From Myxococcota bacterium (GTDB lineage: Bacteria; Myxococcota_A; Polyangia; Nannocystales; Nannocystaceae): DNA of 64,000 nt. The DNA is taken from contig JBCCHT010000021.1 of the NCBI GenBank assembly GCA_039028615.1, positions 1-64,000 of the forward strand, in the 5' to 3' direction. Of the stretch, positions 41,282 through 50,719 are shown piece by piece. The notes beneath the pieces were generated by a model, which searched no databases, was not told where the DNA came from, and was given only the letters and a program-made list of their open reading frames with translations. A program made the translations under genes and the position numbers. The first letter of the stretch is position 1. The number at the start of each line of letters is the position of its first letter.

Positions 41282-42151
41282 CTACAGCTGGTCGAACCAC
41301 CACTGCGCTGCGGGTCCGAGGACCCGACCGCGAGGGGACGCCGCGAACAGCTGCACGAGCTGCGGCTTGCGGCCGAACCGGCGGGTTCGAAGGGCCACGA
41401 GACGACCGGAGTCCAGGTCGGCTGCGATCTCATGCCGCGGGACCCGGCACCAGCCGACCCCCGCGAGCAGGAGCTCGCGGCGGGTCACCGAGTCGTTGAA
41501 GCGCCACCTACGTTCGCCGGCGTCGTCGTCGAGCGGGAGTCCGTCCGCCAGCACGAGGTGGACGTGGCGCGCGAGCTGCCCGTCGCTGATGGGGCCGCGC
41601 AGTGTCGCCAGCGGGTGGCTCGGCGCGGTCACGGCGACCAGGTGTGCTCGAGTGCAGGCGCGGGCCTCGAAGGCACCTGCTTCGGGCACGACCGCCACGT
41701 CGGCTTGCTGTGCGGCGAGGGCTCGCGCCGGCTCGTCCCGCACCCCCGCACGCAGATCGATCTCCACCCCGTCGAACTCGGCCTCGAACGCCCGAAGGTG
41801 CGCCGCCAGACGCGGTGCGGGGTAGAGGACGTCGATGGCGAGACGGACGCGAGCCTCGACCACGTGCCCGAGCTTGCTCGCCCGGGCGCGAAGCCGTTCG
41901 AAGCCCTCGAGGATCTCGGTGGCGGATCGCAGCATCGCCCGGCCCTCGGGTGTCAGCTCGGGTCGCCGACGGGTGCGACGAAAGAGCGTGAGCCCCAGCT
42001 GGGTCTCCAGGCTGGCCACCTGGTAGCTCACCGCCGACTGGCTGCGCCCCAGCATCTGGGCGGCGCCCGAGAAGGACCCGGTGTCCACCACGGCGACGAG
42101 CACCCGGAGTTGGTCGACCGTGAGGGCGTCCGCGTAGCCTGATTCTGGCAT
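41282..42151 (-). CDS. LysR-family regulator
   Basis: DQLRVLVAVVDTGSFSGAAQMLGRSQSAVSYQVASLE; LGPAAQW. Confidence 0.93.
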   Translation of the reverse strand: MPESGYADALTVDQLRVLVAVVDTGSFSGAAQMLGRSQSAVSYQVASLETQLGLTLFRRTRRRPELTPEGRAMLRSATEILEGFERLRARASKLGHVVEARVRLAIDVLYPAPRLAAHLRAFEAEFDGVEIDLRAGVRDEPARALAAQQADVAVVPEAGAFEARACTRAHLVAVTAPSHPLATLRGPISDGQLARHVHLVLADGLPLDDDAGERRWRFNDSVTRRELLLAGVGWCRVPRHEIAADLDSGRLVALRTRRFGRKPQLVQLFAASPRGRVLGPAAQWWFDQL

Positions 42152-42172
42152 CGGATTGATTGATGTCTAAAT

Positions 42173-42197
42173 TCGATATAATGTCAATTGAATCGAT
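42173..42197. promoter_or_regulatory. Putative LysR operator
   Basis: AT-rich TCGAT...ATCGA dyad between divergent genes. Confidence 0.5.
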
Positions 42198-42221
42198 ATG
42201 AAGGTGGTCTTAGCTTGTCTC

Positions 42222-42830
42222 ATGAACAACGCCACGCGTCGCGCCTGGGTGGCCTGCACGTCGGTCGGACTCCTGTCCGGCTGCGTGAGCCCGGGGCCCG
42301 GCGCTGAACCGACCGACCATCACCACGCACGCGCCGAGGAGCACGCCATGCCACTGACCATCGAGACCCTGCCCGCACGAAGTGGACCCCGCCCCAAGAC
42401 CACACCCACCAACCCGCATACCCAGCTCGACCAGAACGCGCCAGCCGAGCTCCAGCGCGAGGTCGGCGAGTACATGTTCGGACTCGACTGTGTGGACGAG
42501 GTGGCGTCCAAGATCTCCGTGCCCGGCGCCCGAGCGATGTGGCTGCGCGACTCATGCCACGCGGGGCCCGACAGCGCCTTCATGATCGGGCGGGAGTTTT
42601 GCCATCTCCATCCGCCGAGCGACGGCAGCCTTCACCTCAACCTACCGCTCGACGTCGCCGAGGCCGCCATCGAGAAGGGTTGGGCGGAGAACCACCCGAT
42701 CGCACTACGCGGGTTCATCCCCATGAACGTCGTGATGGTCTACGGGCCTCGGGACCGCGACGAACTCGAAGTGGTCAAGTGGCTGGTCGCTAGCTCGCAT
42801 GGCTTCGCCCATCCCAGCGGCGCGAACTGA
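42222..42830 (+). CDS. DUF5519/luciferase-family domain protein with lipoprotein signal
   Basis: LLSGC lipobox; REFCHLHPPSDGSLHLNLP, KGWAENHP, VMVYGPRD..E motifs. Confidence 0.82.
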   Translation: MNNATRRAWVACTSVGLLSGCVSPGPGAEPTDHHHARAEEHAMPLTIETLPARSGPRPKTTPTNPHTQLDQNAPAELQREVGEYMFGLDCVDEVASKISVPGARAMWLRDSCHAGPDSAFMIGREFCHLHPPSDGSLHLNLPLDVAEAAIEKGWAENHPIALRGFIPMNVVMVYGPRDRDELEVVKWLVASSHGFAHPSGAN

Positions 42831-42949
42831 GACTGGCGCAGTTGTTTCGGGCTCGGCGCGTCAGACTTCGCACCGTCATCGGAGAAGGGCATGGGGGCAC
42901 GGCGAACTCCGTCGTGCCCCGTCATCAACAAACAAACAGGCAAGAAACC

Positions 42950-43126
42950 ATGTCTCACAACGATGATCCAAAGGCCCCCCAGCGCATCTCCGACAACGAG
43001 ATCACCGTCGACGACCTCGAGCGTGTCGTCGGTGGTGCCGAGCCCGAGCCCGAGCCCGAGCCCAAGCCCAAGCCCAAGCCCACCTACCCGCACGATCCGG
43101 CGTATCCCTGGGGCGACTGGCTCTAA
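42950..43126 (+). CDS. Double-glycine-leader peptide precursor (58 aa)
   Basis: Leader ...EITVDDLERVVGG; core AEPEPEPEPKPKPKPTYPHDPAYPWGDWL; purine-rich translation-initiation region. Confidence 0.7.
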   Translation: MSHNDDPKAPQRISDNEITVDDLERVVGGAEPEPEPEPKPKPKPTYPHDPAYPWGDWL

Positions 43127-43182
43127 CGCCAGCGGCCGAGAGAAGCGACCGTGAAACCTCCGACGGTCGCTTCTTTTGACAC

Positions 43183-44187
43183 CTACGACGGTGGCTCGCG
43201 CGTCGTCTCGAGCAGGTCGTCGCGGTATAGCTCTCCGCGGTACCAGGCCACGCAGTCCTTGCCCTGGCCCTTGGCGTGGTTTTTGGCGCGGTTGGCCCGC
43301 TCGAGTGCCTCGCGATCGGTGAGGATGCAGTCCGGTCCCACGGGACAGATGCCGGCCGAGATGGAGAGGCTGTCGTCGATGCCGGGCAGGCTCAGCTTGC
43401 GGAGCGCAGCCTGAAACTTCTGGATGAGCCGCACCGCGTCGGTGCTTTCGTAGTTCGGCAGGAGCATCACGTACTCGTCACCACCGAAGCGATAGGCGTG
43501 TCCGTGCGCGAAGGCGTGGGCTTCGAGTCGCTCCATGAATGCCGGCAGCAGGTCGCGATCGACCCGCGTCTCACCGTATTGGGTGTTGAACGCCTTGAAG
43601 TCGTCGATGTCGAGGTAGGCCACGCAGACCGGCACCCGCCGCAGCGCGCAGCGTCGGCGGTAGGCGGCGAGGTCGGGGACGAACAGCGCCGGGGCCTCGA
43701 GGATCTCGAACTTCTCGTCGAATACCCGTGGCGCGAGCTGCTGCGCGGCGCCCAGGGCCTGCTCGGCGAAGCGTAGCGAGAGATAGTCGGTCAGCCGTGG
43801 CAGACGGGCGGTGACGACCTCGGAGAACCATGGTGCATGCACGATCCCGTCCAGGATGCGCAGTTCCTTCTCGAGATAGCGGATGGCCTCGCGGTGCCCG
43901 GTGCGTCGGCGGGGCTCGTCGATCTCGCCCGCGAGGGAGCGGCGCTGGTGGGCGACCACGGCCTTGAGCAGGCGAGCGTGAATGTCGTGGACCACGAAGC
44001 GATCCTCACCGCTGGAGAGCTGCTGGCCAATGAGCTGGAGCTCGCGGCGGATTTCCTCGAGCTCGGGTGGTCGGTAGTTTCGGAGCTGGGCCTGCAGCGG
44101 TGCGGCCAGCTCGTCGTCGAGGGCCGACTGGAATCGGGTGACCGCCCCTCGCAGGATCTTGGCCTGCACCGCGTCGAACTCGGGCAT
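43183..44187 (-). CDS. GGDEF-domain protein (diguanylate cyclase-like) with helical N-terminal domain
   Basis: LDIDDFKAFN, YRFGGDEY, SISAGI, AKGQGKD. Confidence 0.88.
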   Translation of the reverse strand: MPEFDAVQAKILRGAVTRFQSALDDELAAPLQAQLRNYRPPELEEIRRELQLIGQQLSSGEDRFVVHDIHARLLKAVVAHQRRSLAGEIDEPRRRTGHREAIRYLEKELRILDGIVHAPWFSEVVTARLPRLTDYLSLRFAEQALGAAQQLAPRVFDEKFEILEAPALFVPDLAAYRRRCALRRVPVCVAYLDIDDFKAFNTQYGETRVDRDLLPAFMERLEAHAFAHGHAYRFGGDEYVMLLPNYESTDAVRLIQKFQAALRKLSLPGIDDSLSISAGICPVGPDCILTDREALERANRAKNHAKGQGKDCVAWYRGELYRDDLLETTREPPS

Positions 44188-44251
44188 CGTGATCAGGCTA
44201 CACCGATCGAGTGGGCGTCGGCGTGGCCGTGGTAGCGTGTGCACGACAGGT

Positions 44252-45202
44252 ATGCTCATGCGACTCGGACACACCCTTGCCCTCATCGTAGGTCCTTGGC
44301 TTTGTTTCGGCGCGCCTGCGTGCGACGGCGACAAAAAGACGACCGAGGCCGGGGCGGCCGAGGTCGGGAAGACGGAGTCCGACAAGGCCCAAGGGGCGGC
44401 CGGAGCCGGAGGATGCGACGAGGCGCACGGTAAGGACGTGTACGAGGAGATGATCGCGTGGTGCGAGCTGAGCGAGAAGGTGGCTGACGACCAGATCCCG
44501 TTGGCGCCGTGGAAGCCCGCGCCCGCCGACAAACCGCTCGATGCCCGCATCGAGGTCCGACCCGGGGGGGTGTCCACGAGGTGGGGTTCCGAGACTGCGC
44601 TGGCCGACCTCCCGTCGGTCCTCGAGGAAGAACGCGATCTTGCCAAGCGACGCGGTAGGACGGTGCAGGGGTGGTCGCTGATCATCGGAGGCGACACGCC
44701 GCGAGCCGAGGTGGCGGCGGTCCTCGAGACCCTGGCCAATTCGGGCCAGAAGACGGGCAGCGTCGTGCTGACGGTGGAGCCTACTGGCGAGGTGCCGCAG
44801 CCGAGGGATCCCAAGCGCCTTGCGGCGTTGAACGCCAAGGTCGGGAGCGCCGATCCGAGCCAAAAGGCCAGCTTGCTCGCCAACGAGGTTCAATCCGCCA
44901 TGCCCCCATGCCCCGGAATGACCGAGGCGTTCCGGGCAGTGGCGACGGCGCCTGCGAACGAGCGGTGCACCGTGTTGGCGCGCGGGTTGAGCCAAGGGCT
45001 CGTGAGCTGCGGGTGTCCCAAGGAGGACGAGATGCTCACGCTGGTCTACGGGATCAGCATGGGCTTCGAGCCGCCGAAGCGGTTGACCACGACGGTGCCT
45101 ACGACGATCGATCCCGCCGCGACTCCGCGGGCGGGTGCCACGTGGGGCGAGATCGTGGCCGGGATGGATGAGGCCGCGATGAAGACGTTGTGGGTGGATT
45201 GA
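44252..45202 (+). CDS. Secreted/lipoprotein, hypothetical
   Basis: Hydrophobic signal ending APAC; several Cys. Confidence 0.7.
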   Translation: MLMRLGHTLALIVGPWLCFGAPACDGDKKTTEAGAAEVGKTESDKAQGAAGAGGCDEAHGKDVYEEMIAWCELSEKVADDQIPLAPWKPAPADKPLDARIEVRPGGVSTRWGSETALADLPSVLEEERDLAKRRGRTVQGWSLIIGGDTPRAEVAAVLETLANSGQKTGSVVLTVEPTGEVPQPRDPKRLAALNAKVGSADPSQKASLLANEVQSAMPPCPGMTEAFRAVATAPANERCTVLARGLSQGLVSCGCPKEDEMLTLVYGISMGFEPPKRLTTTVPTTIDPAATPRAGATWGEIVAGMDEAAMKTLWVD

Positions 45203-45481
45203 TCCTCGGTGGGCGGGCCGTCTGGTTCGGCGCTACCCGTGAATTCGTCTCGAACGCCTTCGTGCTTCGCGACGCGGCCTCGCGGCTCCTCGTCGCAGGG
45301 CTCGAGGCCCGGTTCACCCAACATTCGTACTCGGGAATTTCCGTGGGTCCTCATTGCGCGGAACCATCAGCGGGGCAGGGGCTTGCCGTCGCTCACACAA
45401 AGGAAACGAGACTCTCGAACCGAACGAGGGGCCTACACGTGCTAAGGCTCCGAATCGGTGCTCCTTCTGATGGGTTGTCCG

Positions 45482-47224
45482 CTACTTCACGACACGAAAA
45501 CGAGGCCCAGTGTCGTCGTCCTTCTTCTGTCGTTCGATGATCTCCCTCCACTCCTCAATCGCGATATCGGCTTCTTCCATTCCCAGGCTCTTGGCCTGCG
45601 CAGCTACACGATGCAGCGCTCGTTGGAATTCTTCGAACTCCGCGCGTAGGCCCGCCAGCGGCATCTCCGTCCGACCAATCCGCTCCTGGACGGTTGCAAG
45701 CTTGACTAGGCACATATGGTGCTCCTGAGAGAGCTTGAGAAGTTGTTGTGTAAGGCGATCGTGCTGCCGCCCTAGTATTGAGCCCTCGACCTGCTCCGCG
45801 GCTTGCACTGTCTCGCAGACCTTCTCGATATGAAGTTCTGTTGTGGCTTTGCTCTGTCTCAGCCGCTCGAGCGAGAGTTGAATGTCCGTTTCCTCCTGCC
45901 GAAGGGAGGCCAGCTGCTCCTCTACTCTCAAGATCTTCCCTTGGGCTGACTCTGCGTGACGAGTGAAGTCGTCAATCGAGTTTTGGAGTTTTCTGCGAAC
46001 GTCCTCCCGCGCCTCCTTCGCCCACTGCTTTTTCTCCGAGAAGTTCTCCGAAGATCTCATCGCCGGGTACCGTTCATAGAAAAAATCTCGGAACTCATAG
46101 GTCGACATCGGAGGCGTTGCGGTGCTCCGGGAGGATGTCCTCAAGAGTTCGTCGAAACGGCCATCAAGATAGTCATTCCACGCGTACTGAAGCTGCTCAT
46201 CCAAGTATATCTTGATCGCGTCTGGTTGAATCAGCTTGAGTAGCAAGAAGAATGCAAAAATCATCCCAAGTAGGACCTTCGCCATCAGAGCCAGGTTCTT
46301 GAATGCGTTCTCTCGGGCGCTCAGCTCCTCTTGAATCGTCTGCCGCGTAGAAGCGGTGAAATCGAGTAGCTCGGCCCCATATTTATCACGCAGTACGTCA
46401 TCGCCCGCGCTTCTGATCACACCCTTTTCCTTTTCGAGGGCCAAGTTTTCGGTATTGATCGAATTGGTCTTCTCGCGTCGAGTCGTGGCCAGATCGCCTT
46501 TCAATACCGCGATGTGATTTTCGATCGAAATTGCAACTGGTCCGCGCCCCTTCGCTTTGGAAGTGCCCGTGCCACCGATCTCTAGTTCCAAGTCCTTGTT
46601 GCGCTTCTCGATCTCGTCGATCAAGCGCTTCTCCTCCTTCACGTGCTCCTTGACTTCATCCGCATCGAGGACACTCTTGCCATTAAGGGCACTGATTCCT
46701 TTGTCAATGGCTTTGTTCCTCTCGTGGCCATTGCGGCGTTCGATTTCGGCATCGATATCATCTTGAAGCAGTAATGCCGATAGAATCGGTGCCGTGACGA
46801 AGATGCTGAACGCTACCAGGCTACTGCGGAAAAGAAGGCCTGCGAACTTGCGATTCAAGATCAGCTCGGCGAATCGTTTGTAGCTCGGCGCCTCTTCCGA
46901 CGGCGTGACCCGCTGCTCCGTAAACGGCGAGCGGGCGAAGTTGAGCCCGGCGAGGGTGGAGTCGATCCACCACAGAATCGCGGCGATCACGATTCCAGCG
47001 ATCACCGCGATTGGAGTACGGTAGGCATTCGAGTCCGAGACGTTGTCGTGGAGGAGGACACCCCAGATGAGCCCCTCCGACGTTGCCAGAGTAGCAACCA
47101 AGGTCAACATCACGATGAGCCAGATGCGCGCCGCAGGCGTCAGCAGGTTGTCACCGTAGGGGCGGAGAAAAAGCGCTCGGAACAAATGGCGTAGTTCGCC
47201 GGGTCGTTTGCTGGCTGATGGCAT
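45482..47224 (-). CDS. Membrane-anchored coiled-coil protein, DUF4407-like
   Basis: Three N-terminal TM helices, coiled coil with EIGGTGTSKAKGRGP motif, fourth TM, long coiled-coil tail; visibly lower GC than flanks. Confidence 0.65.
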   Translation of the reverse strand: MPSASKRPGELRHLFRALFLRPYGDNLLTPAARIWLIVMLTLVATLATSEGLIWGVLLHDNVSDSNAYRTPIAVIAGIVIAAILWWIDSTLAGLNFARSPFTEQRVTPSEEAPSYKRFAELILNRKFAGLLFRSSLVAFSIFVTAPILSALLLQDDIDAEIERRNGHERNKAIDKGISALNGKSVLDADEVKEHVKEEKRLIDEIEKRNKDLELEIGGTGTSKAKGRGPVAISIENHIAVLKGDLATTRREKTNSINTENLALEKEKGVIRSAGDDVLRDKYGAELLDFTASTRQTIQEELSARENAFKNLALMAKVLLGMIFAFFLLLKLIQPDAIKIYLDEQLQYAWNDYLDGRFDELLRTSSRSTATPPMSTYEFRDFFYERYPAMRSSENFSEKKQWAKEAREDVRRKLQNSIDDFTRHAESAQGKILRVEEQLASLRQEETDIQLSLERLRQSKATTELHIEKVCETVQAAEQVEGSILGRQHDRLTQQLLKLSQEHHMCLVKLATVQERIGRTEMPLAGLRAEFEEFQRALHRVAAQAKSLGMEEADIAIEEWREIIERQKKDDDTGPRFRVVK

Positions 47225-47480
47225 GGGAAATCGCCGGCTTGCCGGATTCAGTTGATCGATATTGACGATGGGGACCCAATCTGACCGCGCAGCAGGAAAC
47301 AACACGCGTCCTTTTTGAGAATCTCGAACAGGGGGCACAATAAGGGACCTTCGGGCCAGGACTAGGCCCTTTCGGTCCAAGTCGGTTACGTTCACAGAGC
47401 TGCCCTGAGGTACATGCTCGCCGCGGCCCCAGTGACGATGGGCTGGGATCTGTGCACCGTCGTCGTCGAGGCGACGACCC

Positions 47481-47873
47481 ATGGATACGGAACTCAGGAC
47501 ATTACGACGGAGAATCGCAGACGCACGGCCCGATGCCAGAGGTCGACGCCGATACGGCGAGGAGCTCCGTCGCGCGGTGATCGAGTACGCGGTACGGCGC
47601 GAGGAATCGGGCGACAGTCAATCCGAGGTCGCCCGGGATCTGAGGCTGACACAGCGCACGCTGTGGGGATGGCTTCGGTGCCGACGCGAAGCGATCGTGA
47701 AGCCAGTCGAACTCGTCGAGGAAGCGCCGGACGTCGAGGAAGCGGTAGACGTCGAGGAAGCGCCGAGTGCCGAGCTCGAACCGCAAACACGAGTTCTCAT
47801 CTTGCCCAGTGGCGCAGTCATCGAGGGCCTCTCGCTCGATGACGTGCTTGCCCTGGCGAGGACGTTGTCGTGA
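47481..47873 (+). CDS. tnpA: IS66 TnpA-like HTH protein
   Basis: RRYGEELRRAVI...SEVARDLRLTQRTLWGW; LPSGAVIEGL tail. Confidence 0.8.
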   Translation: MDTELRTLRRRIADARPDARGRRRYGEELRRAVIEYAVRREESGDSQSEVARDLRLTQRTLWGWLRCRREAIVKPVELVEEAPDVEEAVDVEEAPSAELEPQTRVLILPSGAVIEGLSLDDVLALARTLS

Positions 47874-48244
47874 TCGGAGCCCTCGGCCGCGTCAACGTCT
47901 ACGCGTACTGCGAGGCGGTCGATATGCGCAAGGGGTTCGAGGGCCTCGCCGCCCTGGTCCGCGAGCAGATGGGACGAGACCCGCTGTCGGGCGCGCTGTT
48001 CTTGTTCGCGAATCGACGGTGCAACCGAGCGAAGACCCTCCACTTCGATGGAACCGGAATGTGCATGCTGGCCAAGCGCCTCGAGAAGGGCCGTTTCGTG
48101 GCGCTGTGGAACCTCGCGTCGAGACCTACGATCCCGCTAACGCGACCCGAGCTCGAGCTGTTTCTGCAAGGGAGCCACCTCATCGGTCGCTTCCGAGTCG
48201 CACCTGCGGAGCTGACCGACAAAGACCTTGCCGTACGATCCTGA
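47870..48244 (+). CDS. tnpB: IS66 accessory protein TnpB
   Basis: VDMRKGFEGL, DPLSGALFLFANRR, FDGTG...KRLEKGRF. Confidence 0.93.
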   Translation: MIGALGRVNVYAYCEAVDMRKGFEGLAALVREQMGRDPLSGALFLFANRRCNRAKTLHFDGTGMCMLAKRLEKGRFVALWNLASRPTIPLTRPELELFLQGSHLIGRFRVAPAELTDKDLAVRS

Positions 48245-48261
48245 GGCGTCATCCTGACGAT

Positions 48262-49790
48262 GTGTCGGACCTCGACCGCCTCGCAGAGATCAACGATCTC
48301 GAGACGGCCAAGACGTTCTTGCTCGCGTACGCGAAGGAGAACGAGCGGCTCAACAAGCGGCTGAGCGAGGTGCTCGCGGAGCTGGCCGAGGCGAAGGGCA
48401 CGACGCGTCGGGAGCAACTCGAGCTGGAGCTGGTCGAGGTCAAGGAGCAGCTCGACAAGCTGCGGCATCAGACCTTCGGCGACTCTTCCGAGCGACGCCC
48501 GAAGCCATCGGCAGACGACAAACCGAAGCCGAGCGCAAAGAAGACGGGGCACGGCCCACGGCCGCAGCCGAAGCTCCCCATCAAGACACGCCTGCTGAAC
48601 TCGCGGAGGAAGACCGAGTCTGCCCGCGATGCAACGGTCGGCTCGAGGAGATCAAGGGGGCGACAGAGGACGCCGAACTCATCGACATGGTCCGGCAGCA
48701 CTTCTTGCTCGTGAGGCAGCAGCGTCGGAAGTACGGCTGTGGCTGCGACGTGCACACGACCCCTGCTCCGACGAGGCACATCAAGGGCGGACGATACTCG
48801 TTGCGGTTCGCGGTGGCGGTCGCCGTTGCAAAGTATGCCGATCACAACCCGCTCACTCGGCTGTGTCGGATGTTCGGGCCCCAGGGGCTCGACGTCGACA
48901 GCCAGACCCTCAGGGGCCAGAGCGAGGCCCTCGCTCAGCATCTCGTGCCGGCCTACGACAAGCTGCGGCAGCACATCCTCGGAGCCGATGTCGTCGGCGC
49001 GGACGAGACGTGGTGGCGGTTGATGGGCGGAAAGGCCAAGTCGACCAAGCGTTGGTGGGCCTGGTCGCTGACCAACCCCGACGCTGTCTGGCATGGCATC
49101 GACTCGAGCCGCTCGGCCAAGACCGCCGCCAAGTATCTAGAGGGCTTTGACGGCACATTGATGGTCGATGGCTACAAGGCCTACGACACGATGGCCAAGC
49201 ACGAGTCGGGGATCCGATTGGCGCACTGCTGGGCGCACGCCAGGCGGAAGTTCGTGGAGGCTGAGCCCAACTACCCGCAGTGCAGCGAGGCCATCGAGCT
49301 GATCGGCCAGTTGTTTGACCTCGACCGCGAGACCCGGGACCCGAGCCTGCTCGAGGGTGATGCCAAGCTGGAAGCCGAGCAGACGCGGCTGGCCAAACGC
49401 AACGCGGAGGCGAGACCAATCCTCGATCGACTCCGAGCCTGGGCACTCGAGCAACGCGGGTTGCCGAAGTCGGGCCTGCGCAAGGCCATCGACTACATGT
49501 TCCGGTACTGGGATGGGCTGACTGTGTTCCTCGAAGACGCCTACGTCCCGCTGGACAACAACCAGACCGAGAGAGCGCTTCGCGGCCTCGTCATCGGTCG
49601 CAAGAATCACTACGGCTCTCGCTCGAAGCGAGGGACCGAGGTCGCGGCGCTGTACTACTCGCTCATCGAAACGGCGAAGCTCCACGACATCAATCCGGCT
49701 GACTACATCTACACCGCGACCATCTTTGCGATCGAGTTCGGGGAGGCGTTGTTGCCCTGGGAGTACGCCGCGCTCCCGGAATCCGCCTGA
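48262..49790 (+). pseudogene. tnpC: IS66 transposase TnpC, frameshifted near 48596
   Basis: Leucine zipper/FG.SSER part in one frame; CPRC zinc finger, ADET, DGY, CWAHARRKF, DNN..ERALR in another. Confidence 0.88.
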
Positions 49791-50719
49791 ACTGCGGCGG
49801 GTACCAGAGCTCTGATGGGCCCGCTACCCGGGCCACGGCGAGTTCATACGCCCTGAGCTCAGAGCAGCGGCGGCCAAGCGGTCGCTCGCCGTCGTTCGCC
49901 CCCTGCTGGCCGGCAACTCCGCATCGCCGGAATCCAGGCCTGCGCCAAGACCGACCTCCCCGCGGGCTAAGAACACGGCGGGTGCTGCTGCTCATGTTGG
50001 GTCGCGGACGAGGGATAGAGGCAGAATCTGAGTGTGGCCCAAGCTCACCTCGTCGTCGCCCGGGCACTGACTCCAGTCGCAATGCGAGGTCGGGAAGTGG
50101 TCGGTATTGCTGGGGCAGAGAAACTGGTCGCACCGCTGGGGCGGGCGTCGACCCCGGCGCCCTAGCTCCCACCGATCCCGCGGAACATGATTTGATGTCA
50201 CGTTTGGTGATGGCGATCCTCAGGCTCGTTGGCTTTCGGTGTCGACAAAGGTGTGCACCGTCGCGCCATGAGCAGTGCGTGGAGGAGCGACGATCCTCGC
50301 GAGAGATTTCGGACTCGTCGTCCTCGATATTTCGAAATGGCCTGAAATCGAACGCCAGCGACGGTGTAGGAGCCCTGCCGCGAAACGAGAGGTGATGACG
50401 GTTTTTCGCCGAGCTACACCTGTTTTCGTGCACGTCCCCAAACTCGATCGTCGAACTGTTCGTGTTTCCGCGCCGAGCAATCGCTCGAGTGGCCCGCGAA
50501 AGGTGTCCCCATTTCGTTCTCTGGTTGGCGCTCTAGAACAGCGTCGCGGCGCCTCCCATGCTTGATTCGCCGCGACGGCGCATGCTACGGATGGTGACTG
50601 GGAGTTAGCGACGTTCGCTCTCTTCTACTATAGGGGGAGCGGCGCTCGACGATGCCACGCCCCTCGTATCGATAGCGGTCACGTCGGCCGATGCAGCGGT
50701 TCTTGCGAGGAGTGTGGCG

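Larger units (their letters stand above)
47410..49804 (+). mobile_element. IS66-family insertion sequence
   Basis: tnpA-tnpB-tnpC order; imperfect terminal inverted repeats sharing CGCCGC (~47414 and ~49804); target-site duplication not resolved. Confidence 0.88.

Noticed and set aside
47395..49812. IS66 target-site duplication CAGAGCT(G/C)
   Set aside because: The left copy sits about 11 nt away from the inferred inverted repeat, so it is not a clean flanking duplication
49805..50700. ORFs or ncRNA between IS66 and the large operon
   Set aside because: Overlapping ORFs lack motifs and no recognisable RNA structure was seen; probably promoter plus debris
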